Assembly (NCBI GenBank): GCA_041166685.1
Contig: JBEEGD010000001.1
Coordinates: 1-42,975, forward strand
Reading direction: 5' to 3'
Length of the DNA: 42,975 nt
DNA from: Acidimicrobiaceae bacterium
GTDB taxonomy: Bacteria > Actinomycetota > Acidimicrobiia > Acidimicrobiales > JACDCH01
Shown here: one piece after another, positions 8,068 to 17,232 of the stretch
How positions within the stretch are numbered: the first letter of the stretch is position 1
How the letters are laid out: every line of letters begins with the position of its first letter
Program-made: the position numbers and the translations under genes
The notes under the pieces: model-generated
The model's database searches: none
What the model was told of the DNA's origin: nothing
The model's input: the letters and a program-made list of their open reading frames with translations, nothing else

Positions 8068-9603
8068 TCAGTAGCGGGGTTCGACGAAATCGCCCTGCGG
8101 CATCCAGCACGTGCAGGAAGAGTCGTACACCATCGTGCGGATGGCGTCGGCTCCGTCGACCTTGCCCGGTCCGTAGGAGAAGCCGCCGTACAAGGGGTAC
8201 GCGATGCGGCCGATCTGCTGCAGGCCGTCCACGTACTTGGCGCGTGTCAGTTCCGGACCCGAGGCCGTAGTCCCCCTCACCAGCAGGTCGATCAGCCCGC
8301 AGGCGGAGTCCATCGCGCTGTAGGCGTTGTCGGATCGCTGGGGATCGGTGCCCGTACCCCGGGCGTAGATCTCGCGGCAGGCCGCGTCGACCGCTGGCTC
8401 GGGGGCGCCGATCCGCCACTCGCCGGTCCTTGCAGTCGTGACAGCGACCGCTTGGAAGGACGCGGGCATGGCCATGACGGCGATGTCGTTGCTCATCGGG
8501 CCGAAGTCGGACGCGAAGTACAGAGGTTGGTACGCGCTCCTGTCGGCCTGCTGGACGAACTGCGTCCCGAGGATGAAGTCGGTGAGCACGAACACGGCGT
8601 CTACGTTCTTCGTCCGCATCTCCTGGACGGCGAGGGGGACTTCGGATGCGGCTCTCCCGTCGTCCATCGAGAAGTCGACCCGGTGGACCACCTCGTAGCC
8701 GAACTGCTGGAGGGTGGCGATCAACCCGTCTTTCACCGTCTGGACCGTGCCCGGAAAGTCTCGGACGAGGATCCCGATGCGCTTGCCCTTGAGCAGACCG
8801 CGCGCATCGAGCAGGTAGGCCAGGTTGGCCAGCGAGCGCAGTCCCGACGCGTTGATGGTGAACAGGTTGCCGCCCGACTGCTGGTACCAGGACGGCGGTG
8901 TGCCGAACGAACCGAGCGCGATGAGCGGTGTGTGATTCTGGTCGGTGAAGCACCGCGCGCCTTGCTCGTTGAGACCGCCGCCGCTGTCGATCGCCGCAAA
9001 GATTTCGTGGTCCTGCGTCGCACTGAGGCAAGCGGCCTGGGAAGACGCTTGGTTCGTCGGGTCGTAGCTCACGAACACCGGGACGATCTGGCGCCCGTAC
9101 ACGCCACCTTGGGCATTGATGTTGTCGATGAAGATCCGGATGTAGGCCTGCTGCTCCTCGACGTTGAAACCGGGAACCCCGAAACCCAGTTGGGACAGTG
9201 AGCCCAAGTCGGCGAGCAGAAACGCGATCGTGACGGTCGTGGGCGTCACGCCGTGGTCGCTGGCCGTGAGTCCGGCAACGCCCTCGGTCCCGCCGGCCAG
9301 CGCGGTCGAACCGGATGCAGTTCCGCCCGCCGCGGTCCCCGCCGCACCACCCGCTCCCGTCGGTGTCGCCTCGGCGCCCGCGGGGCCCGCGGGCCCCCCG
9401 CTTGACGATGCGCCCGACTGCGTCGCCTTGTTGGTGCCGGCGAGTGGGTTGGGCGCCGCGGTGGTGACGGAGTCGAGCGATGTCCCGAACACAAACGGGA
9501 TGCTGAGTCCGGCGGCCAACATGGCGGTGACGACGCCGATGATCAGCGTGTACGTGCGGGATCGACTCCGGAACCCGAGGTCGGGCTGTCGAGGGAGTTT
9601 CAT
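8068..9603 (-). CDS. Liv/HAAT-type ABC substrate-binding protein (locus 1), membrane-anchored
   Basis: ATG 9603 overlaps the upstream stop (ATGA). It has an N-terminal TM helix TYTLIIGVVTAMLAAGLSIPFVF and a ~90-aa Gly/Ala/Thr/Ser linker. A type-I periplasmic-binding fold follows (VTIAFLLADLG, GKRIGILVRDFPG). Confidence 0.8.
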   Translation of the reverse strand: MKLPRQPDLGFRSRSRTYTLIIGVVTAMLAAGLSIPFVFGTSLDSVTTAAPNPLAGTNKATQSGASSSGGPAGPAGAEATPTGAGGAAGTAAGGTASGSTALAGGTEGVAGLTASDHGVTPTTVTIAFLLADLGSLSQLGFGVPGFNVEEQQAYIRIFIDNINAQGGVYGRQIVPVFVSYDPTNQASSQAACLSATQDHEIFAAIDSGGGLNEQGARCFTDQNHTPLIALGSFGTPPSWYQQSGGNLFTINASGLRSLANLAYLLDARGLLKGKRIGILVRDFPGTVQTVKDGLIATLQQFGYEVVHRVDFSMDDGRAASEVPLAVQEMRTKNVDAVFVLTDFILGTQFVQQADRSAYQPLYFASDFGPMSNDIAVMAMPASFQAVAVTTARTGEWRIGAPEPAVDAACREIYARGTGTDPQRSDNAYSAMDSACGLIDLLVRGTTASGPELTRAKYVDGLQQIGRIAYPLYGGFSYGPGKVDGADAIRTMVYDSSCTCWMPQGDFVEPRY

Positions 9604-10880
9604 TGTCGGGCTCCATCATTCACGGCGACGGCGAGGACTGCCCAATGGGCAGGGTCCGCGCCAGCGCCTTCGTTGGCGACAAGGAGCTGGCCCAAGGTCA
9701 GCGCCAAAGCGGATGGCGTGTCGAGCGGGATCGGCCCCTCACCGGGCGGGCTGATCCGCCAGGACTCCGCTCCGCCCGGCGCGATCGCGACGATCGCGCC
9801 GGTGCTGCGGAGCACCACGTAGGCCGTACCACTACTACCGACGGCCAGCGGTCCCGGCTCGTCGCCGCGCGCAAACAACGCCGCGAGCGTGAGCGCGCCG
9901 GCGGTGCCGTCAGCGTTGACCGTCACCCGGTAAAGACCACCGGCGGCGGGCGCCGACGGGTCGAAGGTCGTGCCGACGGTGAACTCGACCGCGTCATCGC
10001 TCACCGCCAGCCCGTACGGTCCATCACCGGCCGCGAAGTACGGGGTCTGGTACCAGACCTCCGGAACCTGGTCGCCACGACGAAGCCGCCAGACGGTGTC
10101 TTGGGTGGGGTCGGTGACGAACAGGTCGCCGCGCGCGTCGTGCGCGGCGGCAACCGGGAACGGTTTGCGGTCGTCCGCACCCTGCTGACAGGGACTCGCT
10201 CCGAGTGAGACGAGACACGCGGGAAGGTCCGGGATCTCCGCCAAGAGCTGCTGCGCGCCAGAGATCATGTCGATGTCGAGGATGCGCGCTCCGTCCGGGT
10301 CGAGCACGGCGACATGACCCGTCACCGGATCAAGAGCCGCTCCGGTGAGTCCACGGACGTGTTCGCTCGGTTGGCCGGCGATGGTGTGGTCGACGGTTTG
10401 CTTCCCCTTGGCATCGAAGGCGAAGACGTGGGACGGGCCCTGGTCGCCGTGCGCGGTGCCGTTGTCGGTCGTGACGTAGACGGTTCCGTCGCGACCGACG
10501 GCCAGGCCGCCCGGCGCTCCCGGATGGTCGACGCGAGCGAACGTGGTGGTCGTGAGCAGAGGCGGCGCGGGTGCCGGAGCGCCGGAGATGCCTGGAGGCA
10601 GTCCCGGCGCCGTAGCCCCCCCTGGGGCGGGCGCGGCGACCGGCCGCGACGGCCGGGCGGCGACCCCGGGAGAAGGAGGAAGCGCCGCGCTCGTGGTCGT
10701 AGGAGTGACACCGGTCGTCTGCGTGCCGCGCGGGTTGAGCGGGTTGACGCCGACGCGGGCCGGCACGGTTCTGGTGCGCAGCACGGCCGGGACCCCCGCC
10801 GCGGTCAGCAGCACCGCGAGCGTGAGCGCGATGGCCGTCGTGTACGCCTGGCCTTCGGTGAGGTTGAGCCGGCGGATCAT
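9600..10880 (-). CDS. Membrane-anchored extracytoplasmic beta-propeller protein (SMP-30/gluconolactonase/NHL-like)
   Basis: ATG 10880 overlaps the stop of the LivHMG fusion (ATGA, 10877-10880). The maximal ORF up to 11039 is an Arg-rich extension. It has a TM helix AIALTLAVLLTAAGVPAV and a Pro/Ala/Thr linker. Repeated blade motifs follow: GLAVGRDGTVYVTTDNG, GHVAVLDPDGARILDID, GDLFVTDPTQDTVWRL, GGLYRVTV, GTAYVVLRSTGAIVAI. Confidence 0.65.
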   Translation of the reverse strand: MIRRLNLTEGQAYTTAIALTLAVLLTAAGVPAVLRTRTVPARVGVNPLNPRGTQTTGVTPTTTSAALPPSPGVAARPSRPVAAPAPGGATAPGLPPGISGAPAPAPPLLTTTTFARVDHPGAPGGLAVGRDGTVYVTTDNGTAHGDQGPSHVFAFDAKGKQTVDHTIAGQPSEHVRGLTGAALDPVTGHVAVLDPDGARILDIDMISGAQQLLAEIPDLPACLVSLGASPCQQGADDRKPFPVAAAHDARGDLFVTDPTQDTVWRLRRGDQVPEVWYQTPYFAAGDGPYGLAVSDDAVEFTVGTTFDPSAPAAGGLYRVTVNADGTAGALTLAALFARGDEPGPLAVGSSGTAYVVLRSTGAIVAIAPGGAESWRISPPGEGPIPLDTPSALALTLGQLLVANEGAGADPAHWAVLAVAVNDGARQ

Positions 10881-13741
10881 GACGTCGACCGAGTGGGACG
10901 TCGACGCGGCGGGCGTTTGGGTTCTCCGTTGCCGCCGGCGACGCCGCTGCGGTCGATGGCCCGTTGGTCGGTGCCGAGGTAGGCGGCGATCACCGCCGGA
11001 TCGCGTCGGACCTGCTCTGGCAGACCTTCGGCGATGCACTTGCCGGCGGCCAGGCAGTACACGCGGTCCGAGATGCTCATGACGAGCGGAATGTCGTGCT
11101 CGATGAGAACGATGGTCGCGCCGAGCTCGTCTTGAATTCGTTTGATGAGCGGTCCGAATGCTTCGGTCTCTCGCTGGGCGACGCCCGCAGTCGGCTCGTC
11201 GAGGAGGAGCAACGACGAGCTCTGCGCGAGGAGGCAGGCCATCTCGACGATGCGGCGGGTGCCGGTCGACAGCGTGCCGACGAACGCGTCGGCGTACCGG
11301 CCCAGTCCGAGAAAGTCGATGCAGTCGGCCGCGTCGCTCGCTTTGCGGAGTTCGGCGCGCCGAGATGGCGGCAGGCTCAACAACGAGGGGACCAGCTCGC
11401 TGCGCTCGTGCGTCTCGAGCGCGATCTTCACGGTCTCGCGCACCGTGAGGTCGCTGAACAGCCGGGCGTCCTGGAAGACACGACCAAGGCCGTGACGCGC
11501 TCGCTCGTGCGCGGGCAGGTCAGTTACGTCTGCGCCGGAGACGATGATGCGGCCGGCATCGGCAGCCACGAAGCCGCTGATGACGTTCAAGAGCGTCGAC
11601 TTGCCAGCACCGTTGGAACCGATGAGCCCGACCACCTCGCCGCGGTCGGCGGTGATGCTCACCGCATCGAGCGCGCTGCGACCACCGAAGCGGACGGTGA
11701 CATCGATCGCCACCAGGGCGGGGACGGTGGGATCCTCCGCTGTCGTCACGGGCCGCGCTGGCAGTTGCCGGACGGCCACCCCTGCGGCCTCGACGGGAGG
11801 TGCGGTGGGGGGGAGGCGCCGGGCGGCGAACCCGAGCAGTGCATCGCGGGCGCGATGAACGACCTCGATGAGGCCGCCCGGGAGATACAGCAGCAGGATC
11901 AGCAGACCGATCCCACTGCTGAGCAACGCAACCGTCTGCGAGTCGCCCCAGAGCGCCGGCAGGCCGACCACGTACACGGCACCGAGGATGGCGCCGGGCA
12001 CCGACCCCAGGCCACCGATCACGACCATCGCGACGACCTGCAGCGAGATCTGGGGCCCGAATGTCGTGGTGCCGACCTGGATGTCGAGCCCCGCCAGCAG
12101 GGCCCCGGCGAGCGCGGCGAAGCCGCCGCCGAGGGCAAACGCGGTGAGCTTGGCGACCGTCGGCGACACGGAGAAGGCAGACGAGCTGGCCTCGTTGTCG
12201 CGAACGGCGATCAACGAGCGCCCGATGCCAGTGCCGCGAAGATGCCCGACCATCGCAGCGCACACCAGCAGCACCGCGAGGCACAAGTAGTAGTACGTGC
12301 GCTCCGGGCTCAAGTCCATCAGGCCGAACAACTTGTCGCGCGGCATGATCAGGACACCCTGGCCGCCGGTGAGGACGTCGAGATTGAAGGCCCAGTTCGA
12401 CGCCGCGACCGCAAAGCCGAGCGTGGTGACCGCGAGGAACACGCCCTGTACTCGCAGGGCCGGGAAGCCCACGGCGACGGCGACGAACACTCCGGCGACG
12501 GTGGCGTAGGCCACGGCCACGGGAAAGCTCATCCCTCGGTTGACGAGGGCGGTCGCGGTGATGGCGCCGAGACCAACGAAGGCGAACTGGCCGAGGCTCA
12601 GCTGACCGGCCCAGCCCGACAGGATCGTCACCGACAGGCCCACGATGGCGAAGATCAACACCCGGGACAACAAGTAGGTGCGGCTCGCACTCGTGACCAC
12701 GAGCGGAAGCGCGACCGCGAACGCCACCGCAACCGCGGCGGTGAGCGGTCCGATCCGCCGCACCCACCACACCCCGCGGAGTCGTTCCGGAATCGCGGCG
12801 ATCCGCGGTGTCAGCGACCAGCCACCCTCCTCGTGCGCCGCCCGGTTGGCGCGCACGAAGACCAACACGAGCACGAGGACGAAGAAGACAGCGTCAACCA
12901 CTCCGGGAGTGCGGACATTGACGAACAGGATCGCCTCCACCACTCCGATGACGACGCCGCCCACCAACGCCCACGACACGGAGGTCAGCCCCCCGAACAG
13001 CCCAGCGGCCAGGGCGCGCAGGAGGAGGCTCGGTCCGAGCGCCTGCGAAGGCACGCCGACGATGGTGCCGCGCATCGGGTTGATGAGTACCGCGGTCATG
13101 GTCGACAACACACCCGCGATGACCCACACGAGCGTGGACACTCGCTTGGTCGAGATGCCGGACAGCTCGGCGCGGTCCGGGTTCACTGCCGCGGCCCTGA
13201 TGGCGATTCCGTACGGCGTGCGGTTCAAGAACAGCAGGAGGGCCACGATGCTCGCGGGGACGAACGCGATGATCATGAAGTGCTGGCTCGAGAGCACCAG
13301 CGAGCCCACGGTCAAGGTGCGATCGATCGGTGACGGGTAACGCCCGGGAGTGTCGATCGCGGGCAGCAGCAGCTGCGCGACGAGCGCAAGCTGCGACACG
13401 CCGATGGTCGCGACCATCAGCACTACGCGCGGCGCCTTGAACAGACGGCGCACGATCCCGAGCTCGATCGCCGCACCCACCAGCCCGCCGAGTGCGAGCA
13501 CGAGGGGGAGTGCGAGGAAGAAGTTCCAGTGCTCGTCGAGGACCAGCTTGGCGAGAACGGCAGCGCCGAATGCTCCGATCTCGCCGTGGGCGAAGTTGAT
13601 GACGCGGGTCGCGCGGTAGACGAGCACGAGTCCGGCGGCGAGGACGGCGTACGTGAGACCGGTGAGCACTCCGATGATGACGATCTCCTGGCTGATGTCC
13701 CAGCTTCCGATCGAGATCGCGATCACCGAGGAAGTGGTCAT
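10877..13741 (-). CDS. Triple fusion LivH-LivM-LivG (two HAAT permease domains plus an ABC ATPase)
   Basis: LivH-like region: VINFAHGEIGAFGA. LivM-like region: ILSGWAGQLSLGQFAFVGLGA. The NBD spans about 10877-11716, with Walker A GSNGAGKST, signature LSTGTRR and Walker B LLLDEPTAG. ATG 13741 shares one base with the upstream TGA (TGATG). Confidence 0.9.
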   Translation of the reverse strand: MTTSSVIAISIGSWDISQEIVIIGVLTGLTYAVLAAGLVLVYRATRVINFAHGEIGAFGAAVLAKLVLDEHWNFFLALPLVLALGGLVGAAIELGIVRRLFKAPRVVLMVATIGVSQLALVAQLLLPAIDTPGRYPSPIDRTLTVGSLVLSSQHFMIIAFVPASIVALLLFLNRTPYGIAIRAAAVNPDRAELSGISTKRVSTLVWVIAGVLSTMTAVLINPMRGTIVGVPSQALGPSLLLRALAAGLFGGLTSVSWALVGGVVIGVVEAILFVNVRTPGVVDAVFFVLVLVLVFVRANRAAHEEGGWSLTPRIAAIPERLRGVWWVRRIGPLTAAVAVAFAVALPLVVTSASRTYLLSRVLIFAIVGLSVTILSGWAGQLSLGQFAFVGLGAITATALVNRGMSFPVAVAYATVAGVFVAVAVGFPALRVQGVFLAVTTLGFAVAASNWAFNLDVLTGGQGVLIMPRDKLFGLMDLSPERTYYYLCLAVLLVCAAMVGHLRGTGIGRSLIAVRDNEASSSAFSVSPTVAKLTAFALGGGFAALAGALLAGLDIQVGTTTFGPQISLQVVAMVVIGGLGSVPGAILGAVYVVGLPALWGDSQTVALLSSGIGLLILLLYLPGGLIEVVHRARDALLGFAARRLPPTAPPVEAAGVAVRQLPARPVTTAEDPTVPALVAIDVTVRFGGRSALDAVSITADRGEVVGLIGSNGAGKSTLLNVISGFVAADAGRIIVSGADVTDLPAHERARHGLGRVFQDARLFSDLTVRETVKIALETHERSELVPSLLSLPPSRRAELRKASDAADCIDFLGLGRYADAFVGTLSTGTRRIVEMACLLAQSSSLLLLDEPTAGVAQRETEAFGPLIKRIQDELGATIVLIEHDIPLVMSISDRVYCLAAGKCIAEGLPEQVRRDPAVIAAYLGTDQRAIDRSGVAGGNGEPKRPPRRRPTRSTS

Positions 13742-15789
13742 CAACCGCCCTCGCCGCCGAGGAACACGGCGCGCACCAAGTCGTCGCGTTCGAGGAGGTC
13801 GGCCGCGGGCCCCTCGAAGCGCACTTCGCCCTTCTCCATGAACACCGCGCGGTCGGCTACTGCGAGCGCGACGTTGATGGACTGCTCGACGATCACAATC
13901 GTGAGCCCCGCGGCTTTGAGCTGCTCCACGATCGCGAGCAACTGCTGCACGACCACCGGCGCAAGACCGAGGCTGAGCTCGTCGATCAGCAGGATCTGCG
14001 GCTCCAGCAGCAATCCCGCTGCCAACCCGAGCATCTGCTGCTCACCGCCCGACAGCGTCTCGGCCGGTTGATCGAGGCGATCAGCCAGCACCGGGAACAG
14101 CTCGAGCACTTTGTCGATACGCGCGGCGAGCTGCTCTCTGTCCCAGATGAAGGTGTACGCGCCGGCCAACAGGTTCTCCGCGACCGACAGCGTCGGGAAG
14201 ATCGCGCTGCCGCCCGGCACTTGGACGATGCCCAGCCGCACTCGGGTGCCGGGGTCGGCGAAGGTGACAGTGCGACCGCCGAGACGCACCACCCCGCGAT
14301 CCGCGAAGCCGAGACCGCTGATCGCTCGGAGCAACGTCGACTTGCCGGCGCCGTTGGTGCCCAACAGCGCGAGCACCTCTCCCTTGCGAACATCCAGGTT
14401 GACGTCGAACAGGACCTGGACCGGCCCGTACGAATAGTCGAGGTGGCGGATCTGGAGCATGGGCACGTCCGCGCCGGCCGCCATGCGGGCGCGCTCGTCG
14501 CGCTCCTCCACGAGCTCGCTTGCGGCCATGGCCATGTCCTGACGCACGAAGCGCGCGCCGTAGGCGATGAGGGCGCCACCGATGATCGCCGCCGGTGGCG
14601 TCACCAGGACGAGCGCGGCGCGATCGCCGAGTGACTCGGCGATGGTGCCGACGACGAGGGCGCCGCCCAGCCCGCCGATCAGCGACAAGTACAGCCCGAT
14701 GGTGGCGAAGCCCATCGATCGGAGGCGGTAAGGCGTCACCGCCGCGACCAATCCGGTGAGCGGCACGAAAGCGGCGAACACCACTGCGGAACCGATCGCA
14801 CTGACGGCGGTGAACAGGACGACGTTGGGCATGAAAAGCGAGATGGGGACGAGCAATCCGAAGGCGGCGACGAGGGCTCCGCTGAGCCGCACCGCGCTCT
14901 CGGGCGCGCGGCGGAAGAGGCGGTCGCCTGCGGTTCCACCGACCACGACGCCGACGACGCCCCCGAGCGAGCCGACGCTGCCGACGACACCGCGCCCTCC
15001 CGGACCGAGGTCGAAGTGCCGCTCGAGGAACAAGTTGAAGTAGATCGGCGCGGTCACGAACGCGAGGCCCAACGCGCCGAGTGCGCACAAGAAGAAATAG
15101 AACGTCCGGATCTTTTTCAGCCTGGCGAAGGCGGCCGAGATAGGGATCCGAAGCTCACCTTCGTCCGACATCTCTTCGCCGAGCACCGACTGCATCTCGT
15201 TGCGACCACGCTTCGGCTCGGGCAGCCCGAACGCGACGAGCGCCAACAGTGCCGCCGGAATCGACAACACCACGAAGGCCCACCGCCAGCCCAAGTCTCC
15301 ACCGGCGACCGCGGCCACGCCTCCGGCCAGCACCGGACCGATCACCAGACCCACGGGTTGTGCCGCGCGGTGCAAGGCGTAGATCCGGTTGCGGCCCTCG
15401 ATCGGGTAGGCGTCGGCCAACAGTGCGCTGTGGACGGGTTGCTCGTTGGCCTTCCCGAGGCCGGCTGCACCCCACGCGACGACCAGTTGCCAAACGGCCT
15501 GCGCCGCGCCCGTCAGCATCACGAATGCGGCCCAGCCGAGAGAGCAGAGGCCGACGAGCGTGGTGCGCCGGGTCCGGTCGCCGAGATAGCCGAGTGGGAT
15601 CGCGGCCGCGAAGATCACCAGGCCCCCCAGCGCACCGACCACGCCGAGCATGAGGTCCGACATTCGGAGCGACTTCTGGATGTCGGGGCCGAGCACCGCG
15701 AACGCCGAGTTGCTCAGGTTGTCGACCAACACGAGGCCGGCGAGCACACCGATCATCGAGATCCCGCCGGCCCGCAGGACCTCATTCAT
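13741..15789 (-). CDS. Fusion of a 12-TM MFS permease with a LivF-type ABC ATPase
   Basis: The ORF is continuous. The MFS part has motif A GYLGDRTRRTTL and about 12 hydrophobic segments. The LivF NBD starts at MLQIRHL (codon 14458-14460), with Walker A GTNGAGKST, LSGGEQQML and LLIDELS. I chose ATG 15789. In-frame GTGs at 15954/15957 are possible, because the acidic 55-aa stretch between them has coding-like GC3. Confidence 0.85.
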   Translation of the reverse strand: MNEVLRAGGISMIGVLAGLVLVDNLSNSAFAVLGPDIQKSLRMSDLMLGVVGALGGLVIFAAAIPLGYLGDRTRRTTLVGLCSLGWAAFVMLTGAAQAVWQLVVAWGAAGLGKANEQPVHSALLADAYPIEGRNRIYALHRAAQPVGLVIGPVLAGGVAAVAGGDLGWRWAFVVLSIPAALLALVAFGLPEPKRGRNEMQSVLGEEMSDEGELRIPISAAFARLKKIRTFYFFLCALGALGLAFVTAPIYFNLFLERHFDLGPGGRGVVGSVGSLGGVVGVVVGGTAGDRLFRRAPESAVRLSGALVAAFGLLVPISLFMPNVVLFTAVSAIGSAVVFAAFVPLTGLVAAVTPYRLRSMGFATIGLYLSLIGGLGGALVVGTIAESLGDRAALVLVTPPAAIIGGALIAYGARFVRQDMAMAASELVEERDERARMAAGADVPMLQIRHLDYSYGPVQVLFDVNLDVRKGEVLALLGTNGAGKSTLLRAISGLGFADRGVVRLGGRTVTFADPGTRVRLGIVQVPGGSAIFPTLSVAENLLAGAYTFIWDREQLAARIDKVLELFPVLADRLDQPAETLSGGEQQMLGLAAGLLLEPQILLIDELSLGLAPVVVQQLLAIVEQLKAAGLTIVIVEQSINVALAVADRAVFMEKGEVRFEGPAADLLERDDLVRAVFLGGEGG

Positions 15790-16005
15790 CGCCAGGTCCT
15801 CTGACCCGACACCGGGGAGAAGGTCGTCGGTGATGATCGGCTGGTCGACGGCCGCCGACTGCGCGTCGTGCCGCCGAGCCTCCTCGTCGAGCACGGCGGT
15901 CGCCAACGTCGCGGGGTCCGCGCGTTGAACCGATTCTTGGTCGCTCCCCAGCACCACGATCAAGTCAACACGCTTTCTCGACGACGCGCCCCATAGGGTC
16001 TCGGC

Positions 16006-17232
16006 GTGCTGGGGATCGACGACCGACTGGTCGCAGCCGACCTGTGGCGCGACCCGTATCCACTGTTCGAACGCCTGCGCCGAGAGGCCCCTGTGTGGCG
16101 TCTGCCCGGTGAGACCGCATTCCTCGTCTCGACGTGGGCGTTGGTCACCGACGCGACCCGTCGGGTCGAGGATTTCTCCAACCACTTTCGCTACACGCTG
16201 TTCAGCAATGACGACGGAACCCTGGGCGCGCTCGAAACAGGAGCCATGGGGCCGGACGTCTTCGCCGGCGCCGACCCACCGATTCACGGACCGCAGCGCA
16301 AGATCTTCTTCGCGGAGTTGGTGCAGCAGAAGATGGCGGCCATCGAGCCCTTCGTCGGCGAGTTGACGGACGAGTTGCTCGACGGCTTACTGGCCGCGCC
16401 GCGCGGCGATGCCGCAGCCGCGTTGGCACACCCGCTACCGATGCGCGTGGTCGCGGAACGCGTCATCGGGTTCCACGATCCTGACGTCGGTCAGATCGAA
16501 CGCTGGATGTTCGACGGAGCGCGGCTCGTCGGCGGCCTCCTGACGCTCGACCAGATGTCGGCACTCAGCGGTGACGTCGCGGGAATGCTCAGCTGGACGA
16601 CCGAGCAGTTCGACCTTGCGCTCGCGTCGCCCGGCCGCGGTGGCGTCCTCAGCGCGGCAGCCGCTGCGGTTCACGACGGCAGGCTGACGCACGACGAGGC
16701 GGTCTTCACACTGATGGTGCTCGTCGGTGCCGGCGCGGAGACGACGACCAGCCTCATCGGAATCGCCATCGGACTGCTGGCGGAGCACCCCGTGCTGCAG
16801 GCCGAGCTACGCGCCGACCCCACGAAGGTGCCGGCCTTCATCGAAGAGGTGCTGCGCTTCGACTCACCCTTTCGCTATCACCCTCGCACCGCGGCACGCA
16901 CGGTGGAGTTGGGCGGCGTCGAGATCCCAGAAGGCGCGCTGGTGCTCTTGTTGTGGAGCGCGGCGAACCGCGACGAGACGGTGTTCGAGCGTCCCGACGA
17001 GCTGGTCCTCGACCGCAGCAACGTCCATCTGCATTTCGGCTTCGGTCGCGGCATTCACCACTGCGTCGGCGCCGCGCTCGCGAGGCTCGAAGCGCGGGTG
17101 GTGTTGACGAAGCTTCTGGAGCGCACCGCGTCCTTCACGCTCGACACCGACCGGCCACCGCGTTGGGCCGACAGTATTTGGATCCACCGTCACGAGGAGC
17201 TCCCGATCGTGTTCGAGACCCACGATGCCTGA
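16006..17232 (+). CDS. Cytochrome P450
   Basis: Heme loop FGFGRGIHHCVGAALA, ExxR (EEVLRF) and I-helix GAGAETTTS are present. The start is GTG 16006. Confidence 0.95.
   Translation: MLGIDDRLVAADLWRDPYPLFERLRREAPVWRLPGETAFLVSTWALVTDATRRVEDFSNHFRYTLFSNDDGTLGALETGAMGPDVFAGADPPIHGPQRKIFFAELVQQKMAAIEPFVGELTDELLDGLLAAPRGDAAAALAHPLPMRVVAERVIGFHDPDVGQIERWMFDGARLVGGLLTLDQMSALSGDVAGMLSWTTEQFDLALASPGRGGVLSAAAAAVHDGRLTHDEAVFTLMVLVGAGAETTTSLIGIAIGLLAEHPVLQAELRADPTKVPAFIEEVLRFDSPFRYHPRTAARTVELGGVEIPEGALVLLLWSAANRDETVFERPDELVLDRSNVHLHFGFGRGIHHCVGAALARLEARVVLTKLLERTASFTLDTDRPPRWADSIWIHRHEELPIVFETHDA

Noticed and set aside
10964-13333. A 789-aa plus-strand ORF antisense to the LivH-LivM-LivG gene. Similar long antisense ORFs lie at 463-1392, 4206-5312, 8014-9201, 8054-9619, 20186-21103, 21726-22706, 28581-29414, 30917-32542 and 41408-42652.
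   Set aside because: These are typical high-GC shadow ORFs. They are Arg/Gly/Asp/His-rich low-complexity translations with no recognisable motifs. Each lies opposite a gene with clear family signatures and proper GC3 bias.
15925-15938. TTGAACCGATTCTT, a partial KstR-like box between ABC locus 1 and the P450.
   Set aside because: It matches only 6/8 constrained positions, and the match is asymmetric. It may also lie inside the MFS-LivF coding region if that gene starts at 15957. This is too weak to link locus 1 to the KstR-like regulon.
15790-16287. N-terminal extension of the MFS-LivF ORF up to 16287. Similar extensions exist for 9600-11039, 30845-32326, 37283-38263, 22138-22842 and 25590-26168.
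   Set aside because: The extensions overlap neighbouring genes on the other strand or the upstream gene's coding frame, and they are Arg/Pro-rich. Internal starts with stop/start overlaps or SD sequences give N-termini typical of each family. An MFS start at GTG 15954/15957 remains possible.
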